DNA of 12,560 nt, taken from the NCBI RefSeq assembly GCF_006345805.1, contig NW_021826486.1:1-12560 (forward strand). The letters are read 5' to 3'. The position numbers were made by a program, and so were the translations under genes. This DNA comes from Octopus sinensis (taxonomy: Eukaryota). Positions 10,514 to 12,560 of the stretch are shown here, piece by piece. Each line of letters begins with the position of its first letter. Positions within the stretch are counted from its first letter, which is position 1. The notes under the pieces were generated by a model. It ran no database searches and was not told the origin of the DNA. It worked only from the letters and a program-made list of their open reading frames with translations.

Positions 10514-10559
10514 TTGTTCCGGGGACTTCTGGCTGACGAGGTACTACATGTCGAAACAA
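10514..10559 (+). ncRNA. Hammerhead ribozyme, intact core; best fold type III
   Basis: TTGT-T-CCGGG-GACT-TCTGG-CTGACGA-GGTA-CTACA-TGTC-GAA-ACAA: stem III UUGU/ACAA, GUU cleavage triplet, 5-bp stem I, CUGANGA, 4-bp stem II closed by G-C, GAAA. An alternative type I fold uses GUC at 10564-10566. Confidence 0.72.
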
Positions 10560-10761
10560 CAGTGTCCCTTATAAATCGGACGTGTTATAAACATAGAGTC
10601 ATTGTAATGTAGAACCTGTTCTCTGGTGAACACAACAACGATTAGCATGTTGCATTCGAATCTGCTGAAACGTATTAGCTATAAATATGCAAGTCGGGGT
10701 TTCGAATCTCGCCGTTCACCGTACGTATAACAATTTATCATCGGTTGGTAAATATTAGCAC

Positions 10762-11178
10762 TACAGCAGTGAGCTGACTGAAGCGTTAGCACGCTGGGCG
10801 AAATGCTTAGCGGTATTTCGTCTGCCGTTACGATCTGAGTTCAAATTCCACCGAGGCAGACTTTGCCTTTCATCCTTTTGGGGTCGATAAATTAAGTACC
10901 AGTTACGTACTGGAGTCGAGGTAATCGACTTATCCGTTTGTCTGTCCTTGTTTGTCACCTCTCTGTGTAGCCCCCTGCGGGTAGTAAAGAAATAGGTATT
11001 TCGTCTGCCGTTACATTCTGAGTTCAAATTTGACCGAGGTCGACTTTGCCTTTCATCCTTTTGGGGTCGATAAATTAAGTACCAGTTACGCACTAGGGTC
11101 GATGTAATCGACTTAATCTGTTTGTCTGTCCTTGTTTGTCCCCTCTGTATTTAGCCCCTTGTGAGTAGTAAAGAAATA
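10762..11178 (+). mobile_element. Family A SINE, head plus two tandem units (~183 bp)
   Basis: Unit starts at 10812 and 10995; perfect 15-bp TSD GGTAAATATTAGCAC at 10747-10761 and 11179-11193. Confidence 0.93.
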
Positions 11179-11967
11179 GGTAAATATTAGCACGGATCAA
11201 CGAACAAACTATTCGCTGAAATTATAAACAAGATTATCGGCTGTCGTAAATATGCAAGTCGTCATTCCAGATATATTGGCTTTAAAAACATGACCTACTT
11301 TGTAGAAAGCATCTTTACCTTTTTTATGACTGTCTAATCGTCGACAAAACAATAAGTCCTGACGTACACAGCTTTTAATATGAAACGCTGGCAAATATCA
11401 ATTGTAGAGTCACATTTGCAATTTCGGTCGATTCATCGAATTCACTCATAAATTTAATATTTTCTTTAATTCTTTCTCTTAGTTGTACAAAATAGTTAAT
11501 GCCAATCCCTGCAGTTCTTTTACATACCGTATCATTTAGCTTTTTCTTATTTCGTCTGCAGTAGATTTTGTTTTCTTTGACTTGCCGCCGGCAATTGAAG
11601 CTCTTTGCAATTGTGCATGATTTCTTAGCATTTGTAATTAAGTAGGACATTTCGTCTCATACCCACGGGTAGTTTTCTTCAGTTGTACATGTTCTTTAAA
11701 AAAACAAGTTCTTTTTCATTCGAAGATTTCAGTAGTCTTTCAAAAATAAAAAATAATAACAGTGAAGATTTGTCTGTATAGAAATCACAATTCCAAGATG
11801 TCTTCTAAATTTAACAAAATGAAAACATTTGCTACGTTTCATATTACTCAAAGAGGACTATGTTCTTCGAGTCTAAGAACCAAAGTAAGACCATATTTCA
11901 GTGGAATATTCCTTGTATTTCCTCTACTTTGTTCAGGATTCTTCAGTTTCTCGTTTATTTTAGGTTA

Positions 11968-12187
11968 CTCTTTTCTCTTTTACTCTTTTACTTGTTTCAG
12001 TCATTTGACTGCGGCCATGCTGGAGCACCGCCTTTAGTCGAGCAAATCGACCCCGGGACTTATTCTTTTTGTAAGCCCAGTACTTATTCTATCGGTCTCT
12101 TTTCTTGCCGACCGCTAAGTGACGGGGACGTAAAAACACCAGCATCGGTTGTCAAGCAATGCTAGGGGAACAAACACAGACATACAA

Positions 12188-12233
<46 letters not shown>

Positions 12234-12406
12234 CACATATATACGACGGGCTTCTTTCAGTTTCCGTCTACCAAATCCATTCACAAGGCATTGGTCGGCC
12301 CGGGGCTATAGCAGAAGACACTTGCCCAAGGTGCCACGCAGTGGGACTGAATCCGGAACCATGTGGTTGGTAAACAAGCTACTTACCACACAGCCACTCC
12401 TGCGCC
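11968..12406 (-). mobile_element. Family B SINE, full length, with (TTTTACTC)-type tail
   Basis: Aligns with 5694-6103; possible 7-bp TSD TAGGTTA at 11961-11967 and 12411-12417. Confidence 0.92.
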
Positions 12407-12476
12407 TATGTAGGTTATGTAGGAATTGTTACTCCAGTATTGATTTCTGTTACGATCCTCTTTGATCATTTTAACA

Positions 12477-12560
12477 GCTGTGTGGTAAGAGGCTTGCTTC
12501 GCAATCACGAGGTTTCGGGTTCAGTCTCACTGCGTGGCACCTTGGGCAAGTGTTTCTTCT
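12477..12560 (+). mobile_element. Family B SINE head, running off the window end
   Basis: GCTGTGTGGTAAGAGGCTTGCTTCGC...GGGTTCAGTCTCACTGCGTGGCACCTTGGGCAAGTG. Confidence 0.88.

Larger units (their letters stand above)
10470..11262. mobile_element. Unclassified ~360-bp partially tandem insertion in the transposase (candidate retrozyme or Penelope-associated), itself interrupted by a SINE
   Basis: Removing it rejoins FKANISGM-KWNNCIG. Internal direct repeats 10469-10499/11212-11242 (27/31) and 10682-10696/11247-11261 (15/15); contains a hammerhead core. Confidence 0.6.
9555..11925 (-). mobile_element. Decayed near full-length hAT transposase (Buster/Charlie, ZBED5-like)
   Basis: Collinear motifs across frameshifts: RKYKEY (11923-11906), LKYGLT, *VI* for BED CxxC (11850-11839), RRHL, SYLITNAKKSCTIA, NDTV.KR, FDESTEIAN (11437-11426), QDLLFC (11361-11344), WNNCIG (10467-10450), MIH*EAL for CxxH (10350-10330), TEVRRL for EVRW (10256-10239), FNKYFP (9858-9841), IKTK*R (~9578-9560). 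No TIRs recognised. Confidence 0.88.

Noticed and set aside
10622-10676. Second hammerhead-like CTGGTGA...GAAACGTA within the insert
   Set aside because: Core mismatch and no convincing stem I or II closure.
9440-12475. Terminal inverted repeats and 8-bp TSD of the hAT element
   Set aside because: No matching termini could be identified on either side.

Overview
Repeat-dominated eukaryotic DNA with no supportable host gene. The microsatellite load and two tRNA-derived SINE families look like an Octopus/cephalopod genome (recognition from memory, not database-checked). Almost all ORFs in the supplied track are microsatellite or SINE artefacts. Real content: (i) many micro- and minisatellites, including a ~370-bp fold-back built from microsatellites; (ii) about 12 copies or fragments of two SINE families, several with clear target-site duplications (TSDs) and nested in each other; (iii) decayed R4/Dong-clade LINE fragments around long (TAA)n arrays; (iv) a near full-length, heavily decayed hAT (Buster/Charlie-like) transposase on the minus strand (~9555-11925). 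The most notable item is a ~360-bp partially tandem insertion inside that transposase carrying an intact hammerhead-ribozyme core (10514-10559), i.e. a candidate retrozyme or Penelope-associated element. A second, degenerate hammerhead-like motif lies at 137-172 on the minus strand.
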